64,000 nucleotides of DNA from Mizuhopecten yessoensis (GCF_002113885.1 NW_018408886.1:154482-218481), one strand, 5' to 3'. Numbered from the stretch's first letter, positions 26,828 to 41,047 are shown. Numbers and translations are program-made. The notes: generated by a model from the letters alone, not told the origin.

Positions 26828-29800
26828 CAACTACTGTGAAACTACCTTTTCTACGGTACCTCATCTGATATAGACGAAATATTATCATTAGGACATTGGT
26901 CGGAAATATAGTCTTTACAAAATCCGTTTGAATAAAAAATACCAACAAGGTTTAATTTACAATGAAACAATGGTTTGTAATTCTTACAGTTAAATAAGAT
27001 CAATTTAGTCTTCCTAAAGAATTTTTAATAGGGTGTTGTTTATGAAAGTATATCATTTCCCATCAATGCGAGAAATAGGTTCTCGATTTCTTGACTCAGG
27101 AAACTTCATTAATTATGTAACATGACAACATCTACAGTATATAAAGTGTTGGATAAACAAAATGTAGCAATTTAATATGCAGGAATTTGTGTTGTATAGC
27201 TGGGAAAAAATCTCAAATCTTTTTTTTTTCCTTTTGTTTTCTGACTATATATATACATACACTAATCACTGAAATGAAATATTTATTTAATGGTTTTTTT
27301 TAAATTCTGATCTAAAATCAAAGAGGAACTTGTATTTTGAACATTATATGTTTCTGCTTTCCTTTATTTGAGGGTATGCTGTTGAAACAGCTTGGATTAG
27401 AATGGACTTGGTGTACCATTTCTGGTCCAAACTTGACACATCAGACCAGCAATAATATTGGAAAGTACCCAAATCTCTTGGATGTTACCTATTAAGTTTT
27501 TTTTCGTGTGCATGTATTGTTAATCTGTGGTACAAGTCCAATGATCAGTTGCTCTTCAATGTAATTGGTAGAGAAAGGGAGATAACTTTAAATCACTAAA
27601 GTGGCAATAATTTTTTACTCCAAGGAATACTTCTTAAAATAAGGACTGCAGAATATTTTTTTAATTAAATTTTGAATTGTTGAACATTTTCTCAACAATT
27701 TCCCTTCAAACTAATAAGTTTTATTTTCATCTTCAACTTGACTGTTGCTTATACAATACATATCAGTGATAGGTAAATTATCTCCCCTGGTGTAAATTAT
27801 AATACATATGATATTATTCATCTTCAAATAATCTGGACTGTTTTTTTGTGTGTGTGTAATTTAACAAAGATCAATATTTTCCATGAATTTTCTCTATCAT
27901 GGAAAGGTATACAAATAAAAGTGACCAAACTTATCTCCCTTGATTTTTTCTCCCTTATTTTGGATTTCTGTAGAAATATAAGTGGCAAATGAAATTATCT
28001 CCCTTGAATTTGTCTCTGGTATTGGATTTTTCATGAATAAGTGACAACTAAAGTTATCTCCCTTGAATTATCTCCCCTACATTGCATAGCCTGTTGATTG
28101 GTCCTACCACATCCATGTTACCTGTTGTAGTGTTGTAATGTAGAAATGTTAGGCTATTTTATACATAAGATATATATAAGTACAAAATACCAATATAATG
28201 TGTATAGAGAACATACATTTTTAAATGTGTAATTTATATATGATCATGAGTGTATAGGCGTGTGAGAAATTAACTCAAAACGTTTGCATTTATTGTCTGT
28301 AAGGTAAATAGATGAATGTTTTATATGGGACAGCTGTGATGTATGTAGTATGTGTGTGAATATGTGTGTGTATGTAAATAGTGTATGTGCGTGTGTGTAA
28401 ATTGTGTTCTACCCTTTACTTCAAGCTAAGAAGATCAAAGTTTTATCAAAATGGTTGAAATATAGGGCCCACAGTCGAGATAGAACCTATATGGGTCTAC
28501 CACAAAAGGAAATTAGCACTCTCTTCATACGGGTCCATGTGTTTAGGCTGTATCAGATAGTTTTCATTAAAAGGGATATCTTGTGTACGATTTGAAAAAA
28601 TCCCAACTGATTTCATTACGCCACTCTGTATGCAAAACAGTGACAAGGCACAAAGTTTAAAAATTAAATGGTAGCTTTTTGTATTCTGAAAGTAAACGGA
28701 AACTCAAGGGAGACAACTAAATGTAAACCCAGTCTGTTTTAACCCACCTTACAATGGAAAGCTTGTTTGCTTCTATTTCTTATACTTTGAGTTTTTATTG
28801 GAAGAAACATTACTTCATTTAAAATAAAAAATAAAATGAAAATTTGTATCAACCATTCCTGACTTCAAACTGATAAATTAAATCAAGTTTAAGGATAAAC
28901 ATGATTGAAATGACAAAAAACAGACGCATATGGTAAAAATCAACACTGTTGAGGTTGGTGGAGAACCTTAAGGCCTCGTGAGTGAGGTAGACACATTTAA
29001 ATTAAAATCACCAAACTTTAGACGGGGAAATATGGTAAGTTTTAAAGTCTTAATTTTAGGTAATTTAGGAATGTTGGGCAACGAGAGAGCATGCAATTAA
29101 TTGCAATAGATTGTCATCTCAGTTCTACATACCTGTAATCTCTACTGAGCAGGTACACGAAGAACAACAGTGACGAGAAAAAACGCGCGTCACCCGATCT
29201 TTGGGGGCCAAACTACCGTGACCCGCGTGGTTCGTTACTTACACAGGAGTCAGCGGCTCGGAAAGTCTTCTGACTGTCGGCTGTGCATCTAACTCCGTAA
29301 TGATCAGGTATATCACCTTTACTGGTGTTAGGGACACGTTTTAAATACATACCATGCTAGCTTAACAGATACATAATTTAATTTAAAATAATGTAAATTG
29401 AATTAAAAATAAAAATATAAATTGTTTTTACTTTAGATCATTGTCTAGTAACTAGTACGATAGTACGGATGAAAAATTTAAAACTTAAAATATTAGAAAT
29501 TTTAATATTTCAGCAAGTTTTGTTAAAAGATATCAATGCTTTTGAAGGTGTTTTTTCGTGTTTAGGGTTTAAAGCTATAAATCTTTACATCCCTACCACA
29601 CCATTGTCCCGTACCGGGTTTAGGACTATGAGGGCGAGCACATCTATAGTAATCTAGCTAGTATTATGTAGTTAGGCAGTATGCCATTCAAGCCTGTGTG
29701 TTCCCTGTCCTAGCCATGTACATTTTTGTGGTTTCATTCAAAAATGGAAATATTATTGTACCAGAGTTTTGTTATTTATAAAGGGCACTTCATCGGTTGA

Positions 29801-30402
29801 TGTTTAACATTTTGTTCATTTTTGTTCTTTTTTTTAAATGCTCTTTACTCTTTACAAATCTTTACTCTTTAAAAAAAAAAAAGAAAAAAAAAAATATTGA
29901 ATATTATCCCAATTTTACTCTAATTAAAGATAAGAATGACAAGAAAATGTTATTGGAGGGATTTTTATCAGTAAAATAAAATAACAAATTTGTATAATAT
30001 ATTTTATGCTAATTAGTAATAATCATGCATAAAAATAATCATCCATCACTTATAGAACAGCAGACATTTTACATGGGGAGTGTACCTGACGAGCGTACCT
30101 GGGGAGAACTTACCTGTAAAAACCTATATTAATGACCTTGGATATGACCCCAATATATGAGATATATCTCAATGTCTCCTGGTGAATGACAAGAACAACC
30201 TTTCCTCCATTATTTACTGGAAACTCGCACTCCTTGAACAAACTGTCTGATCGAGTGTCTGGTGTATACAAATGAACGAATTTATTTTTAACTTATAAAA
30301 AAAAATTAAAGAAAAAAATTTTAAATGGAGGGAATGCGTTGTTTCAAGGGTTATAATTAAGAAAGTTTAAAATAAATCCGTTGAAGTATGTCGGCAGAAA
30401 TT

Positions 30403-30558
30403 CTGGAGTATGAAAGCAGTATGTCTGGTGTATGAGAGCAGTATATGTGAAGTATGAGAGCAGTATATGTGAAGTATGAAATCAGTATATGTGAAGTATG
30501 AAATCAGTATATGTGAAGTATGAAATCAGTATATGTGAAGTATGAAATCAGTATATCT
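30403..30558. repeat. 22-bp tandem repeat, ~7 copies
   Basis: gaagtatgaaatcagtatatgt. Confidence 0.9.
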
Positions 30559-30731
30559 GCAGTCACAATGCATTTTGTTACAATGAAACAGTGACACCTG
30601 ATTTATTGTATGGTAACAGTGTGATCCCGCAGGAACAAATGAGCATATCATGGAGTGTAAGAGGACACAGGTATAAATGTATGTGTGTACATGTGTATAA
30701 CACTGTACATAGACAAGTTTACTGTCCCTAC

Positions 30732-30925
30732 AAAGTCACAAAGGGCCTGTGTAACATTAAAAGTCACAAAGGGCCTGTGTAACATTAAAAGTCACAAAGG
30801 GCCTGTGCAACACCAAAAGTCACGAAGGGCCTGTGCAACACCAAAAGTCACGAAGGGCCTGTGTAACACCTAAAGTCACAAAAGGCCTGTGTTACATCAA
30901 TAGTCATAAATGGCCTAATGCTACA
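30732..30925. repeat. 29-bp tandem repeat, ~6 copies
   Basis: aaagtcacaaagggcctgtgtaacattaa. Confidence 0.9.
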
Positions 30926-31897
30926 TTCAGTCTTGCCCTGGAAAAGCCACAAAGAGCCTGTCCAACATTCATTCTTGCCCTGAAAAACGGGCTGTTCAAT
31001 ATATTTGGTGGATAGCTCCATTTTGGCACCATAGATTTCTTAAATGGCTTGTCCATTGTCTAAGGGCTTATCCAACATATGGTGGATGGGTCTGTTATGG
31101 CAGTGGATAATTCTTAAATGGCTTGTCTATTGTCTAAGGGCTCGTTTAAAAAAAAGATTCTCATTGTTTTGCACAGGTCAGCTTTGACTTTGAGGGACAG
31201 TACTGTGTTGAGATGTGATCATACTATCGTGTGTATTAGGAGGACCTCCATGTGGGGCCTCGTGTCATTATGAAATAAACTTTTCAGGAACACAAATGGT
31301 TTTCCTGGTATGATTATAAAATAAAACAAAACTTGACAAATATACATCATTGTGTTTATTTTCTGTTGTGTTGTTTCATTTTGTGGCAGATCAGAGATGT
31401 CTCACCTTACAAATCTTAGGATTAGGTGCAGAGTTGTCTCCTCCTGTCAAAACAAGGTTGATCATCACTGATTCCACCAATCAGAGTATAAAGAAGCTTA
31501 CACTATATCTCTACCGTACACATTACATGGTTCACACAGACAACGAAAAGGGGCTTGCATTAAGATCGTTGCTTGAAATGAACTTGAATATTGGTATAGT
31601 CTTGAAAATTCAGTGAAGAACTAGTCTTGAAAATTCTATGAAGAACTGGTTCAAAGTTTCAGTTTATCATAAGAAAAGGTAATTATTTTAATAAGTGCCC
31701 TATGATGAAATAGGCACTGGAAACAGAATATCTGAGTCCATTTTTCAGAACCATGGACCTTGAATATTGGAAGATAGTGCTGAGACAAAACTAAAAATTT
31801 TACAAGAAATGACAGATTGAACAATGTTTGTTGAGTGATTTTATTCCTGACATGTTAAGCGTGGGATTTGTGTTAGAGTTATCTCCCTTAATAATAT

Positions 31898-32262
31898 ATT
31901 ACACCTAAGATTTGTGTTGGAGTTAAGGGTATATGCTACCTTACACACTATAACTGAGATCTGTGTTGGAGTTAGGGTATATGCTACCTTACACATTTCA
32001 CCTGAGATCTGGAGTTAAGGGTGTATGTTACCTTACACATTACACCTGAGATCTGTGTTGGAGTTAAGGGTGTATGTTACCTTACACATTTCACCTGGGA
32101 TCTGGAGTTGAGGGTGTATGTTACCTTACACATTACACCTAAGATCTGGAGTTAAGGGTGTATGTTACCTTACATATTACACATAAGATATGTGTTGGAG
32201 TTAAGGGTATATGCTACCTTACACACTATACCCGAGATCTGTGTTGGAGTTAGGGTATATGT
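31898..32262. repeat. ~44-50-bp tandem repeat, ~7 copies
   Basis: cacctgagatctgtgttggagttaagggtgtatgytaccttacacatta. Confidence 0.9.
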
Positions 32263-32467
32263 ACTAGTAAATCAGGTATTACCTGATGATTCAGATTCAG
32301 TACATACTTCTGTCCTAATGTTCATCTTTCAGCATTGTCTCCCTAGGCCCTTCTGGCGAGTCCATTGTCAATGTGACTTAGTGGGATGTCATTCTACCAT
32401 GCCAAAGTTGTGACATTTCAGGGAGAGAGCACTGTACAAGTGACCTTGATTTTGCTCCTCATCCTTC

Positions 32468-32567
32468 TGTAACAGGAGAAAGAGAAATACACGGCCAGAC
32501 CGCATTTTGAACCTGGCACCCTCCGAACACTGGTCGCTGGCAATTGACCTAGTCCAGTTCCGCTACA
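32468..32567 (-). mobile_element. Internally deleted copy of the tRNA-containing solo-LTR-like element
   Basis: TGTAACAGGAGAAAGAG...GTTCCGCTACA, flanked by CTTC/TTTC. Confidence 0.65.
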
Positions 32568-32676
32568 TTTCTATGACTAAAACTACTGTCAAGTTAAAAA
32601 TCCCAACTATCAAATCAATTTATGTAATCTTTCAGTATTAATGACTTAAGTAACAGTAAGACAGCATATACTGTTG

Positions 32677-35600
32677 AAGGTAGCATAATCCCTTAAGTCA
32701 TGGTAAGGTAGTATACACCCTTAAGTCAAGGTAAGGTAGCATACACCCTTACGTCATGGTAAGGTAGTATACACCCTTACATCATGGTAAGGTAGCATAC
32801 ACCCTTACATCATGGTAAGGTAGCATACACCCTTACATCATGGTAAGGTAGCATACACCCTTACTTTATGCTAAGGTATGGTAAGGTAGTATACACCCTT
32901 AAGTCATGGTAAGGTAGCACACACCCTTAAGTCATGGTAAGGTAGCACACACCCTTAAGTCATGGTAAGGTAGCATACACCCTTACTTTATGCTAAGGTA
33001 TGGTAAGGTAGTATACACCCTTAAGTCAAGGTAAGGTAGCATACACCCTTACGTGATGGTAAGGTAGTATATACCCTTAAGTCATGGTAAGGTAGTATAC
33101 ACCCTTAAGTCATGGTAAGGTAGCATACACCCTTACGTCATGGTAAAGTAGTATACACCCTTACGTCATGGTAAGGTAGTATACACCCTTAAGTCATGGT
33201 AAGGTAGCATACACCCTTACGTCATGGTAAGGTAGTATACACCCTTACGTCATGGTAAGGTAGTATACACCCTTACCTCATGCTAAGGTAGTATACACCC
33301 TTACGTAATGGTAAGGTAGTATACACCCTTAAGTCATGGTAGGGCAGCATACACCCTTACGTCATGGTAAGGTAGCATACACCCTTACGTCCTGGTAAGG
33401 TAGCATACACCCTTACGTCCTGGTAAGGAAGCATGCACCCTTACGTCCTGGTAAGGTAGTATACACCCTTAAGCCATGGTAAGGTAGTATAACCATTACG
33501 TCATGGGAAGGTAGTATACACCCTTAAGTCATGGTAAGGTAGGATACACCATTACGTCATGGTAAGGTAGCATACACCCTTAAGTCATGGTTAGGTAGTA
33601 TACACCCTTACGTCATGGTAAGGTAGGATACACCCTTACCTCATGGTAAGGTAGCATACACCCTTACGTCATGATAAGGTAGCATACACCCTTAAGTCAT
33701 GGTAAGGTAGCATACACCCTTACGTCATGGCAAGGTAGCATACACCCTTACGTCATGGTAAGGTAGTATAACCATTACGTCATGGTAAGGTAGCATGCAC
33801 CCTTAAGTCATGCTAAGGTAGTAAAACCCTTACGTCATGGTAAGGTAGCATATACCCTTACGTCCTGGTAAGGTAGTATACACCCTTAAGTCAAGGTAAG
33901 GTAGCATACACCCTTACGTCATGGTAAGGTAGGATACACCCTTACCTCATGGTAAGGTAGCATACACCCTTACGTCATGATAAGGTAGCATACACCCTTA
34001 AGTCATGGTAAGGAAGGATACACCCTTAAGTCATGGTAAGGTAGTATACACTCTTACGTCCTGGTAAGGTAGCATGCACCCTTACGTCCTGGTAAGGTAG
34101 TATACACCCTTAAGTCATGGTAAGGTAGCATACACCCTTAAGTCATAGTTAGGTAGTATACACCCTTACGTCATGGTAAGGTAGGATACACCCTTACCTC
34201 ATGGTAAGGTAGCATACACCCTTACGTCATGGTAAAGTAGTATACACCCTTACGTCATGGTAAGGTAGTATATACCCTTACGTCATGGTAAGGAAGTATA
34301 CACCCTTACGTCATGGTAAGGTAGTATATACCCTTACGTCATGGTAAGGAAGTATACACCCTTACGTCATGGTAAGGTAGTATATACCCTTACGTCATGG
34401 TAAGGAAGTATACACCCTTACGTCATGGTAAGGTAGTATAACCATTACGTCATGGTAAGGTAGCATACACCCTTAAGTCATGGTAAGGTAGTATACACCC
34501 TTACGTCCTGGTAAGGTAGCATGCACCCTTACGTCCTGGTAAGGAAGCATGCACCCTTACGTCCTGGTAAGGTAGTATACACCCTTACGTCATGGTAAGG
34601 TAGCATACACCCTTACGTCATGGTAAGGTAGTATAACCCTTACGTCATGGTAAAGTAGTATACACCCTTATGTCATGGTAAGGTAGCATACACCCTTACG
34701 TCATGGTAAGGTAGTATAACCATTACGTCATGGTAGGGTAGTATACATCCTTACATCATGGTAAAGTAGTATACACCCTTATGTCATGGTAAGGTAGCAT
34801 ACACCCTTAAGTCATGGTAAGGTAGCATACACCCTTAAGTCATGGTAAGGTAGCATATACCCTTGTCATGGTAAGGTAGTTTACACCCTTGTCGTGGTAA
34901 GGTAGTTTACCACCTTAAGTCATGGTAAGGTAGCATACACCCTCACGTCATGGTAAGGTAGTATACACCCTTACGTCATGGTAAGGTAGCATACACCCTT
35001 AAGTCATGGTAAGGTAGCACACACCCTTAAGTCATGGTAAGGTAGCATACACCCTTACCTCATGCTAAGGTAGTTTAACCCTTACGTCATGGTAAGGTAG
35101 CATACACCCTTACTTTATGCTAAGGTAGTATACACCCTTAAGTCAAAGGTAAGGTAGTATACACCCTTACGTCATGGTAAGGTAGCATACACCCTTACGT
35201 CATGGTAAGGTAGTATACACGCTTACGTCATGGTAAGGTAGTATACAGCCTTACGTCATGGTAAGGTAGTATACACGCTTACGTCATGGTAAGGTAGTAT
35301 ACACCCTTACGTCACACCCTTACCTCATGCTAAGGTAGTTTTACCCTTACGTCATGGTAAGGTAGGATACGCCCTTACGTCATGGTAAGGTAGTATACAC
35401 GCTTACGTCATGGTAAGGTAGTATACACCCTTACCTCATGCTAAGGTAGTTTAACCCTTACGTCATGGTAAGGTAGCATACACCCTTACTTCATGCTAAG
35501 GTAGTATACATGGTAAGGTAGTATACACGCTTAATACACCCTTACGTCATGGTAAGGTAGTATACACCCTTACGTCATGCTAAGGTAGTATAACCCTGAC

Positions 35601-36240
35601 GTCATGGTAAGGTAGCAGGCACCCTTAAGTCATGCTAAGGTAGTATAACCCTTACGTCATGGTAAGGTAGCATATACCCTTACTTTATGGTAAGGTAGCA
35701 TACACCCTTAAGTTAAGGTAAGGTAGTATACACCCTTACGTCATGCTAAGGTAGTATAACCCTGACGTCATGGTAAGGTAGCATACACCCTTAAGTCATG
35801 GTAAGGAAGGATACACCCTTAAGTCATGGTAAGGTAGTATACACCTTTAAGTCATGGTTAGGTAGTATACACCCTTAAGTCAAGGTAGGGTAGTATACAC
35901 CCTTACGTCATGGTAAGGTAGTATAACCCTTACGTCATGATAAGGTAGCATACACCCTTAAGTCATGGTAAGGAAGGATACACCCTTAAGTCATGGTAAG
36001 GTAGTATACACCCTTAAGTCAAGGTAAAGTAGCATACACCCTTACGTCAAGGAGAGGCAGAGCCATATTGCGAAATCTTTAAAATACACCCTTACGTCAT
36101 GGTTAGGTAGTATACACCCTTAAGTCAAGGTAGGGTAGTATACACCCTTACGTCATGGTAAGGTAGCATACCCCCTTACGTCATGGTAAGGTAGTATACA
36201 CCCTTAAGTCAAGGTAAAGTAGTATACACCCTTACGTCAA
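32677..36240. repeat. 28-bp satellite, ~3.5 kb (~125 copies)
   Basis: catggtaaggtagyatacacccttamgt. Confidence 0.97.
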
Positions 36241-36665
36241 GGAGAGGCAGAGCCATATTGCGAAATCTTTAAAATGACATTTCATTTGTGAATTATCATC
36301 AACACTCAATAAAAAAGATGTCTAGATGATGAGGATCAGTAATTGAGTATTGGTGAAGGGATTTTAACCTACCTGGTAACCAACGTGGTGTGGAGTATCC
36401 CTAGGACAAGAGGATTTAATGTTATAAAAAGAAGAATGTGACCTGTTTGGAGGTGGAGGGAAGCGACACTTTAAAGGGAAATGAAAAGGGGTTGTTTAGA
36501 TATCTGAAAGACTATTAAGGCTTCTGAAATATGTTACTTGGCATTTTTTTTGTTTATTTTGGGATCATTTCATATTTCACTATTATTAAGGGACAAGTTA
36601 TCTCCCCTTGATTTTGTCCAAAAAAGAGAGAACTACAGCTGATCAGGTAGATCTGGCAGTGAGTT

Positions 36666-38470
36666 TAGTCACCCTACGCTAAATCAGCCAAAACCTCAAA
36701 CTAATTGCAACAGAATTTATTTTTCGTTTTTTGGAATGGTAGTTATCAGTACTATAACAGGAAAAAAGTCTCCTGGAATCAAACTTTGGTAAAATATTAT
36801 TTTGAACTTCTATAGGAAAATCACAAATCTGACCACTTTTGAAGTGTAATATCTACCTCTTTTGCAATACTGGATATATAAGATTAACCGTATAGCAAGA
36901 CCATTTGAAATATAGTACAGATTTACCAAAATGTTACAGCAGAGGTATTGCATTGAAAAATTATTGAACTATGAAAATGGCTTAAAAGCATTTTGAGCTT
37001 GACAATATTGGCTTTTGTTTTCTATTTAAATGCAGAAAATGCTAATTACTTAATCTCAGTGACCATATGAGTCTATATCTAGCTTCTTAAAACATCACAT
37101 TTTGTCTAATATTAATGCACGAATAATGGTTCATTCACATACACAAAAAATATCAACCATCTAATTTGACCAATTGTGTCGATTTGGTGTTAACTTATGT
37201 CCAAAGTAAACAATTTACCTATTTCTGTAACATGTAATTTAAAAAAGGACAAGCAAATTCTTACAAGCATTTTATATCGTGTGCAGAACTGATCGGAAAT
37301 GGTAATTTTGGTAAGATAAGTGTACAAATGTGTCCAAGCTCTGATGGTGAAAACTTTAACTCATGTAATTTTGCCTCAACACTAAAAAAAGGTCCATGAT
37401 TCTGAACAACGAAAATCTTTATTTTGTGCACAGGTTTTGTCCGATTTACAATTGATTTTGCCAGTAAAGCGATGATAAAACGGATGTTTTTGTGAGATAA
37501 ATTTGAAGTTAAACATTCATACAAGTTCATCATTTTATCGAAAAATACGTATCCCCCCCCCATTCTGTTCTATTGTGTGAAAGAAAACAAATGATCTGTT
37601 AAAATAATAAGATACGTGTTTAACCTTACCTCCCCTTAAGGTAATAGGATGGTATGGTGGTAATTCCTGCCAAAAGATTTAGCAATCGGATAAAACACAC
37701 AAAATAACACATTTTGTTGGCCAAAATCATGAACTTTAACGGTTCAGTCAAATTTGCACGAGGTGAGGTTTTCATCAACCTGACTTTATTCATTATTTGG
37801 AGGCATCTTAACCAATATGGCATTTTTGCTAAGAATAACTTGCATAGAAAAAGATTTAGAGCACTTTTTCAGTATTTTACTGAAGATATTGTTAAAATCT
37901 TCCATGCATAAATTGAAATATTGTACAATTTGGACTTTAAAACAGCTCCCAGTCAGCCCCGCAGGCCAACTTTGACCATTCATAAATTCTAATATGTGAA
38001 AGAAAAACTTCTCATTTATGAACTTTTAATACACAAATCAGTTGTAAATGCATTTCTACAAAGCCAGTATCGATATTGATGTTGATTAACTTATATTCTG
38101 CGGTCTTAAAAATGCAACAAAAGCTAATATGTTTGACATTTTAATGCTTTTAGCAATATTCATGGTGTGAGATTTTTTCAATGTGATGGTTCCATTTATT
38201 TTTTTGGCTAATCTGTTTTGTACACTGATTGGTCTTGCAATACAGTTAATTCCTCCTATTCAGTGTTTCACAAGAGGTTGATATTTACACTTCAATGCAG
38301 TAAGCAATTATTCTAAAAAATATTTATCCTATTTCGGGCGAAAAAAACACATTCTCCCCAGAAGGTGATTTTTGTGGATTTTTTTTTGTTACACAGTATA
38401 AACTAACCTGTATGAAAATCCAGAAATAAATTATGTTGCAATTAGTTTGAGGTTTATCATGGGGTGACTA
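36666..38470. mobile_element. ~1.8-kb degenerate fold-back (long-TIR) non-autonomous DNA transposon
   Basis: Termini TAGTCACCC...AAACCTCAAACTAATTGCAAC / GTTGCAATTAGTTTGAGGTTT...GGGTGACTA. The arms stay alignable inward (36841-37040 vs 38095-38295; 37340-37460 vs 37670-37785). No TSD seen. Confidence 0.7.
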
Positions 38471-38859
38471 GACTATAGAGTGACAGTACTCTAATCAGTA
38501 CACAGGTTTCGAATCCCGGCCTGTTGTTCATTCTTTTTCTTGTTTATTTCATCTTTTTCAATTTTGTCCTATCAGAGCCATGTCTGGTGTGATTTTGTTT
38601 TCAAAAATGATTTATCAAAACTTTTGTCATAAGAGCTATTTTCTACAAGTAGTAACAGATTTTGTCATTTGGTTCCAGTAATGCCTTTAGAAGTCCCTAC
38701 TGTAGTCATTTCACATCAATATTAAGATCTGATTTTATCTCCGAGTTTTGATACTGACCATCTTTGTATGTACCCTTTGGGGAAAAACTGAAGTGTATGA
38801 TTTCTCTCTAAAATCAATTAAAATTGTGATGTTTTATTTTTTTTCCAAAACCATTGGTC

Positions 38860-39057
38860 ACCTGGAAAGGGAAGTCACAAGGCTACACGAGTTATCTCCC
38901 ATTTGCACACGTTCCACACGCCCTTTCAAAATTACCCGCGGTTTTGACAGGAAACAGGAAGTAGTATCTAACGCGTGCGTGCAACGTGGCCTCCATCTTG
39001 TGTACGACGGAAGCTGTCAACATAAATCTGAGGCGTGTTTATCAACGTTCACTCCAG
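38860..39057 (+). promoter_or_regulatory. DYM: Putative DYM core promoter and non-coding first exon
   Basis: Local CpG enrichment, ETS site CAGGAAGT (38955-38962), YY1-like GCCTCCATCTTG (38989-39000) and a consensus donor CAG|GTAAGT after 39057. The transcription start cannot be determined. Confidence 0.6.
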
Positions 39058-39512
39058 GTAAGTGAGAAAAGAAACCAGAGAGCGTCGTTTTATACGCATA
39101 CAGCCACTACAACAGCTTCTTCCCAGATAATCAGTCAACGTATCATCGTCTGGCGAAAAAACCCCAAGGTGCGCAGTTTTTTGACATTTGCATTTAAAAA
39201 TCTTGTAAAAGGATCCACAGGTACTAGGATACACAAGATACAAGAAGCGTTATTTAGTGTCATATATGGCATAACATTGAAACATTAGTTCTGTGGAGTT
39301 ATTTTTTCGACAAACATCAGTATAAAAACCGAGTAATAACAGGTAAAAAGAATGCTAGTAGAAAAATTAGGATTATGCAGCAAAACTATACATTGAAACT
39401 ACAAAAATAATCAGAAAACAATTTGATGATAGCACATGCATGTTAAGATGTAAATTGTATATATTACACAGCTCTTGAAAATAGACCTTTTGTGTCTGGA
39501 CAAGTTATCTTG

Positions 39513-39633
39513 AGGAGAGGAGAAATGTACAGATATACCGGAATTCGGACCCGGGACCTCTGAAATCTAGGCGGACACTCAAATTAATTGAGCTACCTGG
39601 TTGTCGACGATCGACCCGCTCCGATCTTGCTAC
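39513..39633 (-). mobile_element. Degenerate copy of the tRNA-containing LTR-like element
   Basis: Shares gagctacctgg...gacgatcgacc...gctac and the B-box region with the other copies. Confidence 0.55.
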
Positions 39634-39783
39634 CTTTCTCCCTCAATTTTCTGTAATTTTGCTCCTTAGTATTAACTATTTGAATTTTGAAAAAAAAATG
39701 GTCCTACAAATGTAGGGACCACTGAAACCCGAGTAAAATATGCACAACCAGACCTTAGTCCGCTAATACTGACCATAATCGCA

Positions 39784-41047
39784 CGTATCAAGTCGTTCCG
39801 TCCTCTCCCGGTCCGGCCCCCTACCCGGTCCGTCCTTAGTAGTTCCAGCCCCAAAGTCGTTCCGGCCTCACTATAGTGTTTTCCTTCACATATCACCATT
39901 AAACTTAAAAAATTTGCATTGTATTTATTGTACAAGTGTACAGGTTGTCGCCCTTAATCCAGACAATTTTTTGTGTATATATTTACATTCCCATTGATCC
40001 ATTGATAAAAAGACAAGAAAAAAACATGATACATTATGTAATATTTAATGCAATCAACAATACAGAAGACGGGAGTTTAAAAACTTTTAACTAAAATATA
40101 TGCTTAATGATCAAATATATCTAATAAATATAATCCATATATACCAGAGACGTATATAACACATATACGTCTCTGTATATACGTAATGGTATATATACCT
40201 AATTTATAACCGGACGTAATGATAAAATATATCTAATAAATAAAGCGTGGCCTATCGATCCTTTTGACTTTTAAGTGTTTTAAGGAAGAGGTTATAAATA
40301 CGTTATAATTATAACTAATATATCTAATGGTAATATATATAACCAATGCGTAATCAATTATAACAATCTTAACAATAAAGATGATGCGTAATCAAACTTA
40401 AACCTATTCAAATTTCAAATAACTCTTTAAGCAATCAAAGTAATACAGTTTAGTCTATCGAAATATGCTCCATATATGACAACATTATTCTATTCAAGTT
40501 GCCGACTGTCTGTTTAGTTGAGATCATACAAATTTGCATCTTCAAACTTGGAAGATCGACAAAGATCGATTTTAACAAGATGTGACGACAAAAAGTTCAA
40601 CGTCTTTCATCAACTAAAAGTGAAAACAACTTTGGTAGACTATTAACACTGCGTTTGCTAGAAGCCATACAGTTTCCAACGCACGAGGTAATAAGATAAA
40701 CAAAAGACAGTGTCTTAAATAGGCAATCTTACTCCGTGTGCTTATATGTTTACACAGGTGCATTTTGTTTTAGACAACAAGTAAAATGAAAAGACAACAA
40801 ATGAACAATATGATGTATGTTTTAATTTTTAATTTTATTTCTTTGAATTAGTAACATGAAATATCCATTATATAAATAAATTTAATTCCAAATTAACATG
40901 AATCATATATATAATATGAGTCCGGAACGACTAAGAATACGGGGCCGGAACTACTAAGGCCGGAACGACTAAGAATACAGGGCCGGAACTACTAAGGTCA
41001 GAACGACTATGGAAGGAACAACTTGGGGGCCGGAACGACCTGTATTC
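39784..41047. mobile_element. ~1.26-kb non-autonomous DNA transposon with inverted subterminal repeat arrays and 8-bp TSD
   Basis: Left agtcgttccggcc-type repeats, right ggccggaacgact repeats; flanks TAATCGCA (39776-83) / TAATTGCA (41048-55). Confidence 0.7.

Noticed and set aside
32677-36240. Regular short repeats as a CRISPR array
   Set aside because: Head-to-tail units with no unique spacers, no cas genes and a eukaryotic intron-exon context.
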